Positions 7,302 through 7,496 of a DNA stretch of 7,496 nucleotides are shown here, in pieces. Source of the stretch: a virus (lineage: Duplodnaviria > Heunggongvirae > Uroviricota > Caudoviricetes); IMG/VR virus record IMGVR_UViG_2660238126_000008. The stretch is one strand, 5' to 3'. The translations under genes and the position numbers were made by a program. The notes beneath the pieces are model-generated. The model was not told where the DNA came from and made no database searches. It saw only the letters and a program-made list of their open reading frames with translations. Positions within the stretch are counted from its first letter, which is position 1. Each line of letters begins with the position of its first letter.

Positions 7302-7496
7302 ACGCACTTCCACGCGCCCTTCACCATGAGAGACAGCAATCGGCATTTGCGAGCCCACCATCCCCTGCAACAGCAGCGACGGGCTTTGGGTCACTTCAAC
7401 CAGGCTGAAACGCGCTTCAAAGCGATCGGAGGTATTGCGCACAAAACGTGGCCACAACTCACTACCTGGGATNATTNGAGAATCGCCGGCAGGTGA
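7302..7496 (-). CDS. purL: Internal fragment of phosphoribosylformylglycinamidine synthase (PurL), glutaminase-domain region; partial at both ends
   Basis: Minus-strand translation from the window end reads ...[57 protein letters not shown], with the amidotransferase HGEGR motif, matching my recollection of E. coli PurL near its C-terminus. The M of ORF 6438..7457 is a TTG codon inside this fragment. Below ~7300 that ORF is just the antisense of the terminase gene. Confidence 0.6.

Noticed and set aside
6438-7457. 339-aa minus-strand ORF
   Set aside because: Only its first ~52 codons (7302-7457) are real coding sequence, the purL fragment. The rest is the antisense of the terminase gene, kept open by chance and by N bases.

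Overview
This 7.5-kb window reads as a mosaic of four blocks joined at abrupt, mid-gene breakpoints. All identifications are from reading the translations against remembered protein families; no database search was run. Block A (1 to ~3965) matches the right end of a Rac-type lambdoid prophage and its flank as in E. coli K-12: the 3' end of a side tail fiber gene, a tail fiber assembly gene, a convergent serine invertase (pinR-like), the small ynaE-like gene, an AT-rich non-coding stretch, uspF, and only the 3' end of the porin gene ompN. Block B (~3969-4165) is a ~200-bp internal fragment of a fimbrial usher gene. Block C (~4165-7290) is a P2-family head module: a 3'-truncated major capsid gene (N-like), a complete scaffold gene (O-like) and a 3'-truncated terminase large-subunit gene (P-like), with a TGT-N12-ACA dyad in the divergent O/P intergenic region. 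Block D (~7302-7496) is a purL fragment on the minus strand, reached across a cluster of N bases. I found no CRISPR array, tRNA, rRNA or IS element, and nothing I can defend as a new defence or other biological system. The most notable feature is the set of three mid-gene junctions with no repeats or mobile-element ends, which points to a chimeric or misassembled (or engineered) sequence rather than a natural locus.
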